A DNA stretch of 56,671 bases from Anaerolineales bacterium. GTDB lineage: Bacteria > Chloroflexota > Anaerolineae > Anaerolineales > E44-bin32. The translations under genes and the position numbers were made by a program. The notes beneath the pieces were generated by a model, which searched no databases, was not told the DNA's origin, and saw nothing but the letters and a program-made list of their open reading frames with translations. Below are positions 45,684-52,944 of this stretch, piece after piece; position 1 is the stretch's first letter, and each line of letters starts with the position of its first letter. The stretch spans positions 1-56,671 of the forward strand of contig DAIRVC010000002.1 of assembly GCA_036803025.1 (NCBI GenBank), read 5' to 3'.

Positions 45684-46337
45684 TCAGGCGGGCTTCATCG
45701 TGCGCGAGTCGACCAGCCGCAGCACCAGCGGGGTGACCACTTTGCGCAAGGTCGCTTCGTCGACGCCCTCGACCTTGAGGATGGCATGACGGTTCTCGGT
45801 GCTCTCGCCCAGGAACTGGCTCAGGGCGACGATGTTGCCTCCGGCGTCGAAGATCGCGCGAGTAATACGGGAGTACTCGCCCGGGATGTTGCGCACCAGA
45901 ATGGTCATGCGCACACCCGGCTCGCGTGCGCCGAGCAATTCCAGGAAGAGGCGGAAGATGTCGTTGGCGGTGATCATCCCCACGACCTCGTTCTTCTTCA
46001 TCACCGGCAGGCCGTGGATGCCGTTGTCGCTCATGACCCGGGCGGCTTCCTCGATGGGCGTATCACCGGAGATGGTGATCACCTGGCGAGTCATGACTTC
46101 CTCGACGGTCACCTTGCTGAGCAGGTAGCTGAGCTCCCACACGCTCAAGCTGGTGGCGCTGGAGGGAGCGGCGTGAAGCAGGTCTTTTTCGGAGATGATG
46201 CCCACCAGCCGTCCGCGCCGATCGACCACCGGCAGGCGCGAGATCTTCTCCTTGCGCATCAGGCCGAGCGCGTCCTGGATCGGCAGCGTCGGAGGCACGG
46301 TGATGACCGGCTGCGACATACGATTGGCGACGAACAT
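45684..46337 (-). CDS. CBS-pair + ACT domain protein (AcuB-like)
   Basis: Two CBS motifs followed by a C-terminal ACT-like region (VRMTILVRNIPGEY…). RBS GGGAGGAG. Confidence 0.88.
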   Translation of the reverse strand: MFVANRMSQPVITVPPTLPIQDALGLMRKEKISRLPVVDRRGRLVGIISEKDLLHAAPSSATSLSVWELSYLLSKVTVEEVMTRQVITISGDTPIEEAARVMSDNGIHGLPVMKKNEVVGMITANDIFRLFLELLGAREPGVRMTILVRNIPGEYSRITRAIFDAGGNIVALSQFLGESTENRHAILKVEGVDEATLRKVVTPLVLRLVDSRTMKPA

Positions 46338-46381
46338 GGGGCTCCTCCCTGGCGTGGCAGCGGTCAGCCGCGCCGCCGGCG

Positions 46382-46387
46382 ATTATA
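46382..46387 (-). promoter_or_regulatory. Consensus -10 TATAAT upstream of the CBS-ACT gene
   Basis: The minus strand reads gcgtTATAATcgcc, followed by a 44-nt leader with GGGAGGAG. Confidence 0.4.
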
Positions 46388-46436
46388 ACGCCCTCCACGC
46401 GGCCAGCCGCGACCCGCGATTCGAGCCCTGCAGAGC

Positions 46437-46465
46437 TTGACTCACGCGTACCAGGATGCTACACT
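46437..46465 (+). promoter_or_regulatory. Sigma70-like promoter TTGACT-N17-TACACT for the ATP-grasp/GNAT operon
   Basis: TTGACT 46437-46442 and TACACT 46460-46465. It shares the 11-mer TTGACTCACGC with the promoter at 25341. Confidence 0.55.
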
Positions 46466-46546
46466 GCACAAGACTCAAGCGCCCTCTCAGGGGAGGGCTG
46501 CGGGCCGGAGGACGGCACGCATGAGTCCCGGGAGTTAACCGGAACG

Positions 46547-47839
46547 ATGGACCAGACCGCCAAGTCCGCACTCGGGCCGCAGGCCAACCCGAGAATGCCC
46601 GCCGAGGCCGAAGCCGAGTCGGAGGAGCCTCCGAGTACGAGGGCCGCCCCGCGTCGGCGCAGCCGCGCCGGCAGCCCGGGGCAGACCATCCCCCAGCAGA
46701 CACTAGCTCAAGGCAAAACGGCCGTCCGCAGCCGCCCGGCTCGCGGCCAGAGCGGCGCGCCCGCCCGGCGCTCGGCCCGCCCCCCTATCCAGACGCTGGA
46801 GGACGTGCGCCAGGCGACCTGGCGTGTCCCCGACGTCCGCGATCTGGAGGTCGTCGTCCTGTACAGCCTGGCCCTCGGCCTGGAGCGCGGCCGCAGCGAG
46901 GACCGTTTGGCCGACCAGGAGACGGCGGCCGTGGCGGCCGATATCGCCACGGCACTCGAAGGTCATGTGCGCGGCACGCACCGCGTACCGGTGTGGGACG
47001 ATCTGCCGATGGTCTTGCGCCAGTTCGACCCCCGGCGGCATGTCATCTTCAACCTGGTCGAGAGCCTGGGTGGGCGCGCCTTCACCGAGCCGGAGGCGGC
47101 GCGCATCTTCGAATCGATGCAGTTCCTCCACACCGGAACCGACTTCCGCTCCCTGACACGCGCCTCCAACAAGCTGACGACCAAGAAGCTGCTCGAGGCG
47201 GCCGGCTTGCCCACCCCGCGCTATCAGGTCGTGCGGACGCCGACCCAGCGGCGATTCACCGTCCCGCTGCCGGCGATCGTCAAGCCCGTCGCCGAAGGCG
47301 GCTCGTTCGGCGTGACCCTCGACTCGCTCGCCCGCGACGAACATGAGCTGGTCGAGCGGGTGCGCGCCTGCCTGGAGATCTACCGTCAGCCGGCCCTGGT
47401 CGAGGAGTATATCGCCGGGCGCGAGATCAACGTCGCCCTGTGGGGCAACGCCCAGCCGACCGTCCTGCCGATCTCGGAGATCCTGTTCAACTGGACCAGC
47501 GACCCGCTCAAGCAGTTTGTGACCTTCGACAGCAAGTGGGTCTCCGACTCGGTCGAGTACGTCGGGACGCCCGGCATCTGCCCGGCCAAGCTCTCCGCGC
47601 AGGAGCAGGCTCGCGTCGAGACGGCTGCGGTGATGGCCTATCAGACGCTGGGTTTCTCCGGCTTCGGGCGAGTCGATATGCGCCTCAAGGATGGTCAACC
47701 ATACATCCTGGAGGTCAACGCCAATCCGGACCTGGCCGCCGACGCCGGCTTCTTCCGCTCGGCCGCGTGCGCCGGATACAGCTACCGCGAGATGGTCCTG
47801 CACATTCTGCAGCTGGCCCTCGACGCCCACAACGCATGA
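46547..47839 (+). CDS. D-Ala-D-Ala-ligase-like ATP-grasp enzyme with a ~95-aa disordered basic N-terminal extension
   Basis: Motifs IVKPVAEGGSFGV, EEYIAGREINVALWG and GFGRVDMRL…ILEVNANPDL. The N-terminus is rich in P/A/R/S, and the true start could be internal. Confidence 0.85.
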   Translation: MDQTAKSALGPQANPRMPAEAEAESEEPPSTRAAPRRRSRAGSPGQTIPQQTLAQGKTAVRSRPARGQSGAPARRSARPPIQTLEDVRQATWRVPDVRDLEVVVLYSLALGLERGRSEDRLADQETAAVAADIATALEGHVRGTHRVPVWDDLPMVLRQFDPRRHVIFNLVESLGGRAFTEPEAARIFESMQFLHTGTDFRSLTRASNKLTTKKLLEAAGLPTPRYQVVRTPTQRRFTVPLPAIVKPVAEGGSFGVTLDSLARDEHELVERVRACLEIYRQPALVEEYIAGREINVALWGNAQPTVLPISEILFNWTSDPLKQFVTFDSKWVSDSVEYVGTPGICPAKLSAQEQARVETAAVMAYQTLGFSGFGRVDMRLKDGQPYILEVNANPDLAADAGFFRSAACAGYSYREMVLHILQLALDAHNA

Positions 47840-48309
47840 TCGAAATCCGCCCCACCCTTCCGCAGGACGCGGACGAGATCACGCGCCTGGCCGCCGCCGA
47901 GCGCTTGTTCGACGCCGGCGAGGCTGCCTGCGTGGTCGAGCTGCTGCGTGACTACCTGGACAAGCCCGACCACAACGGCTACTTCTTTCTCAGCGCCTGC
48001 AACGACGAGCGGGTCGTCGGCTTCGCCTGCTACGGCCCCACCTCGCTCACACAAGGCACTTTCGATCTGTACTGGATCCTGGTCGACCGCTCCGCCGGCC
48101 GGCGCGGGATCGGCCGGGCGCTGATGGCCCGGGTCGAGGATGAAGTCCGCCGGGAGAAAGGGCGCCTGCTGGTCGTCGACACCTCGGGACGCGAGGACTA
48201 CGCCGGCACGCGCGCTTTCTACGAGTCGCTCGGCTACGTCAAGACGGCCGTGATCCCCGAGTTCTACGCGCCCGGCGACGATCTGGTCGTCTACACTCGC
48301 CGGTTCTAG
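47836..48309 (+). CDS. GNAT family N-acetyltransferase
   Basis: The ATG overlaps the ATP-grasp stop (ATGA). Contains RRGIGRALM. Confidence 0.88.
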   Translation: MIEIRPTLPQDADEITRLAAAERLFDAGEAACVVELLRDYLDKPDHNGYFFLSACNDERVVGFACYGPTSLTQGTFDLYWILVDRSAGRRGIGRALMARVEDEVRREKGRLLVVDTSGREDYAGTRAFYESLGYVKTAVIPEFYAPGDDLVVYTRRF

Positions 48310-48324
48310 GCGCCGGCCGGTGTC

Positions 48325-48604
48325 CCGAATCACAAACCGGCCGCTCGGCGGCCGGTTGCGATTCCACACACCGGGGTCCTTCACTGGGTGATTAAACCAA
48401 GAGCCTCCTGCCATCCTGGGGACAGCCGGCACTGCCGCTCTTGCCGGTAGGCCCACCACGTCGGGAGACCGTATGGAAGGGCGCTCTTCGGCCAGGTCGG
48501 CGCTTTCTAACCCAAGGACCGCTCCTGAAGAGCAGCTTGGACGCTATGGCCGAAGAAAGCCACGGTCGACGGGGGCGAGCAGTCCCACGGTGGCCTGAGG
48601 CTCC
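48325..48604 (-). ncRNA. Candidate ~280-nt structured RNA of unknown class. Strand and ends are inferred from promoter-like and terminator elements.
   Basis: A minus-strand TTGACT-N18-CATAAA (48640-48611) lies upstream and a terminator (48357-48335) downstream. The region is densely self-complementary, e.g. TCTTCGGCCA (48485-48494) with TGGCCGAAGA (48547-48556). No credible ORF. Confidence 0.35.
48335..48357. terminator. 10-bp stem-loop, probable bidirectional terminator
   Basis: AACCGGCCGC-TCG-GCGGCCGGTT. On the plus strand it is followed by UUGCGAUUCC; on the minus strand by UUUGUGAUUC. Confidence 0.6.
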
Positions 48605-48839
48605 ACTCTCTTTATGCATCATCCCGGCCATCGAAGTCAATCGCCGTGCGGCTTAATAAAGGTACTAAGAGACTCCCGTTTCGGGCATGCCCATCGCTGC
48701 GCTATACGCTCGGCTATAATCCTCCATACGCGCCTCCCTGGTGATCGTCCAATCCCATAGGCCGAAGGCGTGCCCGGGGTGGAGGCGAGCGCTGTGCCGG
48801 CAATACCTGGGTGTCTTTCGAGGCAGGCGGGCCGCCCTC

Positions 48840-50525
48840 ATGCGCTCCTTGGTTCGGACTCTCCAGGACTACGATGCGGGCTTCCTGCGTATCATCGCCG
48901 AGCTGTGGGGCGTTGATCTACCCTCGCTGCCTCCCGCCCAGGCGGCCGAGGCGCTGGCGGCGGCCATGCTCCGCCCGGGATTGGCCGGCGAGATGCATGC
49001 CAGCCTTCCGCTCGCGGCACAGGAGACCCTGGCCGCGCTCGTCGCCCAGGGCCAGCGCATGCCGATGCCCGACCTGTTGCGGCGATTCGGTCCGCTGAGG
49101 GAGATGGGACCCGGGCGGCGCGACCGCGAACGGCCGTGGCACGTGCCGGCCTCACCAGTCGAGGTCCTCTGGTATCGCGGTTGGATCGGCCGCGCCTTCG
49201 CCGATACCCCGGCGGGCCCCCAGGAATTCGCCTACATCCCCTCGGACCTGGCCGATCGCATTCCGTCGCCGGCGACGGTCGCTGGCGCGCCTCCTGGCCG
49301 TCCGGCCGCGCAGCCGACATGGTCGAGCAACGCCAGCGGCGCGGCCGTCGACGACGGGACGACCCTGCTGGCCGCCCTACGGCGGCACGGCGCCAGGAGC
49401 CTGCCGCTCCCCGAACCGCGCCTGCGCCGATTGGCTCTCTTCCTCCTCCAGCCGGATTCAGCCGAGTTGCTGCTCGTCCTGCTGCGAGACGCCGGGCTGC
49501 TCAGCGGCGCAGCGCTGCAGCCGCCGCCCGAAGCGGCACGTGCCTTCCTGGAAGCCTCGCGGGCCCAGGCGCTCCTCCGCCTGCAGCGCGCCTGGCTGGA
49601 GTCGATCGCCTGGAACGATCTCGCGCATGTTGCCGGTCTGGCCGCTCCCGGCGAGCGCTGGCCGAATGACCCGCGTCTGGCCCGTCAGACCGTGCTCCGG
49701 CACCTGGCCTCCATTCCCGCCGAAACGTGGTGGGACCTTTCTTCGCTCATCGAGGCAATCCAGGTGGAGGAGCCGGCCTTCCAGCGGCCCGGTGGGGATT
49801 TCGACTCCTGGTATGTGACCGACCGCCAAACGGGGAAGTACCTTCAGGGATTCGGGGCCTGGCCGGCAGTCGAAGGAGCGCTGCTGCGCGCACTGATCAG
49901 CGGGCCGATGCACTGGCTCGGCATGGTCGATCTCGGGGCCGCCTCGCCGGACAGGCCACCTGACTGCTTCCGCCGCTCGGCTTGGGGCGCTGCACTTCTC
50001 GAGGCGGCGGGCGCCGAACCAGCCGATGGTCCACCCGACCTGGTCGCACTGCGCCCGGACCGACAGCTACTCGTCTCGGCAGACGTCCCGCGTGGACTGC
50101 GCTACCAGATCGCCCGCTGCTGCGCCTGGCAGGGCCTCGACGCCCAGGGCTATCACTACCGCTTGACGCCCGTCGCCCTGCTGGCGGCGCACGACCAGGG
50201 GCTGCAGGTCGGACACATCCGTGCCGTTCTCGAGGCGGCCACGCGCCGCAAGCTCCCGGCCACGCTGCTCCGCGCCGTCGAGCGGGTGGGCTCGGCCAGC
50301 GTGGAGGCCAGACTGGAACGGCCCCTGGTTCTGAGGGTCAAGTCCGCCGCCATCCTGCGCGAGCTGCAGTCCCTGCCGGCGACGGCCCGCTACCTCAAGG
50401 AACCTGTCGGGCCGACTGCTGTGCGGGTGGACGAGCGCGACTGGGAGCGACTGTGCAGCGCGGCGCTGCGGGCGGGACTGCTGATCGAGCCCCCGGAGGA
50501 GAGGTCGGGCTCCCACTCGTCCTGA
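48840..50525 (+). CDS. Hypothetical Leu/Ala/Arg-rich helical protein. It faintly recalls helicase-associated (XPB-N-terminal-type) domains, with no helicase motifs.
   Basis: Protein-like sequence begins at MRSLVRTLQDYDAGFLRIIAELWG. The upstream 33 codons of the track ORF are Arg-rich and unlike protein. No clear RBS. Confidence 0.7.
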   Translation: MRSLVRTLQDYDAGFLRIIAELWGVDLPSLPPAQAAEALAAAMLRPGLAGEMHASLPLAAQETLAALVAQGQRMPMPDLLRRFGPLREMGPGRRDRERPWHVPASPVEVLWYRGWIGRAFADTPAGPQEFAYIPSDLADRIPSPATVAGAPPGRPAAQPTWSSNASGAAVDDGTTLLAALRRHGARSLPLPEPRLRRLALFLLQPDSAELLLVLLRDAGLLSGAALQPPPEAARAFLEASRAQALLRLQRAWLESIAWNDLAHVAGLAAPGERWPNDPRLARQTVLRHLASIPAETWWDLSSLIEAIQVEEPAFQRPGGDFDSWYVTDRQTGKYLQGFGAWPAVEGALLRALISGPMHWLGMVDLGAASPDRPPDCFRRSAWGAALLEAAGAEPADGPPDLVALRPDRQLLVSADVPRGLRYQIARCCAWQGLDAQGYHYRLTPVALLAAHDQGLQVGHIRAVLEAATRRKLPATLLRAVERVGSASVEARLERPLVLRVKSAAILRELQSLPATARYLKEPVGPTAVRVDERDWERLCSAALRAGLLIEPPEERSGSHSS

Positions 50526-50603
50526 GGGGGGGCGGCCTTCGGCGAAGACTGTCAGGGCTCCTGGAGAGGCGCGCGCAGGCCTCGCGCAGGCAAGACCCGG
50601 GAC

Positions 50604-50987
50604 TCAGCGGAATGCGGTATGTGATCGCATCGACCGTGCCAGCGCCCCCTCCAACTCCTCGACGGTCACCGGCTTGAAGACGAACGCGTCGGCGCCCTTG
50701 GCCATCGCCTCATCCACCTGCACGTCGGTGGTCTCGGAGGAGAGCATCACGATCGGCAGCGCCTTGAGCTCGGGGCGCATGCGCACGAACTCGAGCATGT
50801 CGATGCCGGACACCTCGGGCATATTGATATCCAAGATGAGTACGTCCGGCTTCTGCCCGCTCAACAGCGCCCGGGCGGCGCTGGGTGCATCCCGGAAGCG
50901 TTCGACCTTGAAGTCGAGAAGCTTGAGCATCAGCTGAACGGCACGGCTCATCTCATCATCGTCGTCCACGATCCAGGAAAGCGGCAT
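50604..50987 (-). CDS. Single-domain response regulator (CheY-like receiver)
   Basis: Motifs DDDDEM, LILDINMP and FKP (Lys). AGGAGG lies 4 nt upstream of the ATG, and the gene starts 8 nt after the uvrC stop. Confidence 0.9.
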   Translation of the reverse strand: MPLSWIVDDDDEMSRAVQLMLKLLDFKVERFRDAPSAARALLSGQKPDVLILDINMPEVSGIDMLEFVRMRPELKALPIVMLSSETTDVQVDEAMAKGADAFVFKPVTVEELEGALARSMRSHTAFR

Positions 50988-50995
50988 CTCGCCTC

Positions 50996-52858
50996 CTACA
51001 ACTCGCTCTTCAGCCGTTCGGCCAGCTCGCGGGTGATCCCGCGCACCGCCATCAATTCGTCGGCCGAGGCGCCGCGAATACGCTCAAGGTCGCCGAAGGC
51101 GCGCAGCAGGGCCTTGCGGCGCGAGGGGCCAATGCCAGGAATGCCGTCCAGCCGCGAGACCAGCGTCTCATTCCGCCGCTGGGTGCGATGCTGGCTGAGC
51201 GCCACACGGTGGGCCTCATCCCGAATGCGCTGTACCAGGTAGAGCGCGTCGGAACGTCGCTCCAAGATGACCGGATCGGCCCGGCCCGGCAGATAGATCT
51301 CCTCGTGGCCCTTTGCCAACCCGGCCACCGGGATGGTCGGCGCCAGCCCGAAGCCCTGCAGCACCTGCGCCGCCCGACCGAGCTGCCCCTTCCCGCCGTC
51401 GACGATCAGCAGATCCGGAAGCATCCCGAAGGCGGGGTCAAGCTTTCCCCCTGGTCGGGCAGCCTCTTCTTGAGCGGACTGCCAGCGACGGAAACGGCGC
51501 AGCAGCACTTCCTCCATGCTGGCAAAATCGTCCTGCCCGGCGACGGTCTGGATGTTGAACTTGCGGTACAGCTTGCGCGCTGGCGTCCCCTGTTCGAAGA
51601 CGACCATGCTGCCCGAGGCGGCCGTGCCCTGAATGTTGGAGATATCGTAGCACTCGATCCGGTTCGGCGGGCGGGGAAGCCCGAGCGCGGCCTGCAGCTC
51701 GGCCATCGCCTGGACGTGTTTGCTGCGATCCGCCTGCCACTGCGCCCGCAGGCCGGCCAGCGTCTCGACGGCGTTCTCGGTCGCCATCCGGATCAGGTCC
51801 TTGTGCGGGCCGCGCCGCGGCACCTGCAGCATGACCTTGCCCTCCCCGCGCCGGCGATGCAGCCACTCCTCGATCACTTCGGCTTCTTCGATCTCGTTCG
51901 GCAGCAGGACCCGCTCGGGGATGTAGGCCGCTTCCGTGTAGAATTGGGTCAGGAACGCCTCGACCACATCCGCATCGCTCGCCTGTGCCGCCCCTTCCAG
52001 GACGAAGTACTCCCGCCCGATGAGCTTGCCCTCGCGAATGAAGAAGACCTGCACGCAGGTGTCGTTTTCGTCGCGGGCGAAGGCGATCACATCCGAATCG
52101 ACTCGATCGCTCGATACGATCTTCTGCTGTTCGACGACGCGCTCGATGGCCAAAAGCTGATCACGCAAGGCGCCGGCACGCTCGAATTCCAGCGACCCGG
52201 AGGCGCGGGCCATTTCCCCGCGCAGGCGCTCCACCACCGGTTCCGACCGCCCCTGCAGGAAGCGGCAAAGGTCGGCGATCATCGCCCGGTAGTCGGCCTG
52301 GTCGACCGCGCCGATGCAGGGCGCCAGGCAGAGCTTGATATCGTGATACAGGCAGGCACGCGCATCCGACCCGGTGATCACCCGGTCGCAGGTCAGATAG
52401 GGGAAGATCCTGCGCAGGGCGTCGAGCGTCTCGTGCACCGCCCAGGCGCTGGTGTACGGCCCGAAGTAGCGACTGCCGTCGTCGGCCATGCGGCGGGTCA
52501 CGGTCACCTTGGGGAACTCATCCGCCCAATGCACCTTGATATAGGGGTAGCGCTTGTCGTCTTTGAAGCGGATGTTGTACTTGGGGGAGTGGCGCTTGAT
52601 CAGGTTGAGCTCGAGGATCAACGCCTCCAGCTCCGACCCGACGACAATCCACTCGATGTCGGAGATGTGAGCCACCAGCTCGACCGTGCGCGGCTGCAGC
52701 CCGGCAGGCGAGTGGAAATACGAGCGCACCCGGCTGCGCAGGTTGATCGCCTTGCCAACGTAGATCACCCGCCCGGCGGCATCCTTCATCAGGTAGCAGC
52801 CGGGCTTGGTGGGCAGTCCTTCAAGCACTGGTTGAAGGTGATCCGTGGCCGACATCAT
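50996..52858 (-). CDS. uvrC: Excinuclease ABC subunit C
   Basis: GIY-YIG domain (GCYLMKDAAGRVIYVGKAINLRSRV), UVR domain, RNase H-like domain and a C-terminal (HhH)2. Confidence 0.95.
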   Translation of the reverse strand: MMSATDHLQPVLEGLPTKPGCYLMKDAAGRVIYVGKAINLRSRVRSYFHSPAGLQPRTVELVAHISDIEWIVVGSELEALILELNLIKRHSPKYNIRFKDDKRYPYIKVHWADEFPKVTVTRRMADDGSRYFGPYTSAWAVHETLDALRRIFPYLTCDRVITGSDARACLYHDIKLCLAPCIGAVDQADYRAMIADLCRFLQGRSEPVVERLRGEMARASGSLEFERAGALRDQLLAIERVVEQQKIVSSDRVDSDVIAFARDENDTCVQVFFIREGKLIGREYFVLEGAAQASDADVVEAFLTQFYTEAAYIPERVLLPNEIEEAEVIEEWLHRRRGEGKVMLQVPRRGPHKDLIRMATENAVETLAGLRAQWQADRSKHVQAMAELQAALGLPRPPNRIECYDISNIQGTAASGSMVVFEQGTPARKLYRKFNIQTVAGQDDFASMEEVLLRRFRRWQSAQEEAARPGGKLDPAFGMLPDLLIVDGGKGQLGRAAQVLQGFGLAPTIPVAGLAKGHEEIYLPGRADPVILERRSDALYLVQRIRDEAHRVALSQHRTQRRNETLVSRLDGIPGIGPSRRKALLRAFGDLERIRGASADELMAVRGITRELAERLKSEL

Positions 52859-52864
52859 CGGGCG

Positions 52865-52873
52865 ATTCTAGCA
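52865..52873 (-). promoter_or_regulatory. Extended -10 TGCTAGAAT, 6 nt upstream of the uvrC ATG (leaderless)
   Basis: Minus strand: gTGcTAGAATcgcccgATG(52858). Confidence 0.55.
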
Positions 52874-52930
52874 CAGCCATTTGCCACACCTGCCGGCAAG
52901 GCGCGTTGAGGGGTCCGGAAGCCGGCGGAG

Positions 52931-52936
52931 TATAAT
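52931..52936 (+). promoter_or_regulatory. Consensus -10 TATAAT, 8 nt upstream of the solute-binding-protein ATG (leaderless)
   Basis: TATAATccgctccaATG(52945). No SD sequence. Confidence 0.5.
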
Positions 52937-52944
52937 CCGCTCCA

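Noticed and set aside
46466-48309. ATP-grasp + GNAT as a graspetide (microviridin-like) RiPP cluster
   Set aside because: The ATP-grasp core looks Ddl-like rather than RimK/MdnB-like by eye. I found no precursor-type small ORF and no transporter or peptidase adjacent. Kept only as an alternative within the finding.
48486-48556. SRP-RNA-like string CCAGGUC…GAAGAGCAGC on the plus strand
   Set aside because: The apical loop is CUGAA rather than a GNRA tetraloop, and the conserved GGUCCGGAAGGAAGCAGC helix-8 core is absent.
48560-48655. tmRNA-like cues on the plus strand: UCGACGGGGGCGA and a possible tag ending …GCG GCU UAA UAA (…RRAA**)
   Set aside because: No T-arm (GGUUCGAnUCC-type), no acceptor stem pairing and no 3' CCA-proximal structure lie within a plausible distance. 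The region ~350 nt downstream is already coding. I also checked a permuted two-piece arrangement (CCCACCA at 48451), but the adjacent hairpin has a 10-nt loop rather than a T-loop, and the acceptor strands are not complementary.
48392-48656. ORFs of 82 aa (-) and 71 aa (+, TTG start) in the long intergenic region
   Set aside because: The translations are basic and low-complexity, without RBSs. The minus-strand ORF starts upstream of the putative promoter's TSS. The region is better explained as structured RNA.
51188-52909. 573-aa plus-strand ORF antisense to uvrC
   Set aside because: No domain signature, while uvrC on the minus strand is unambiguous.
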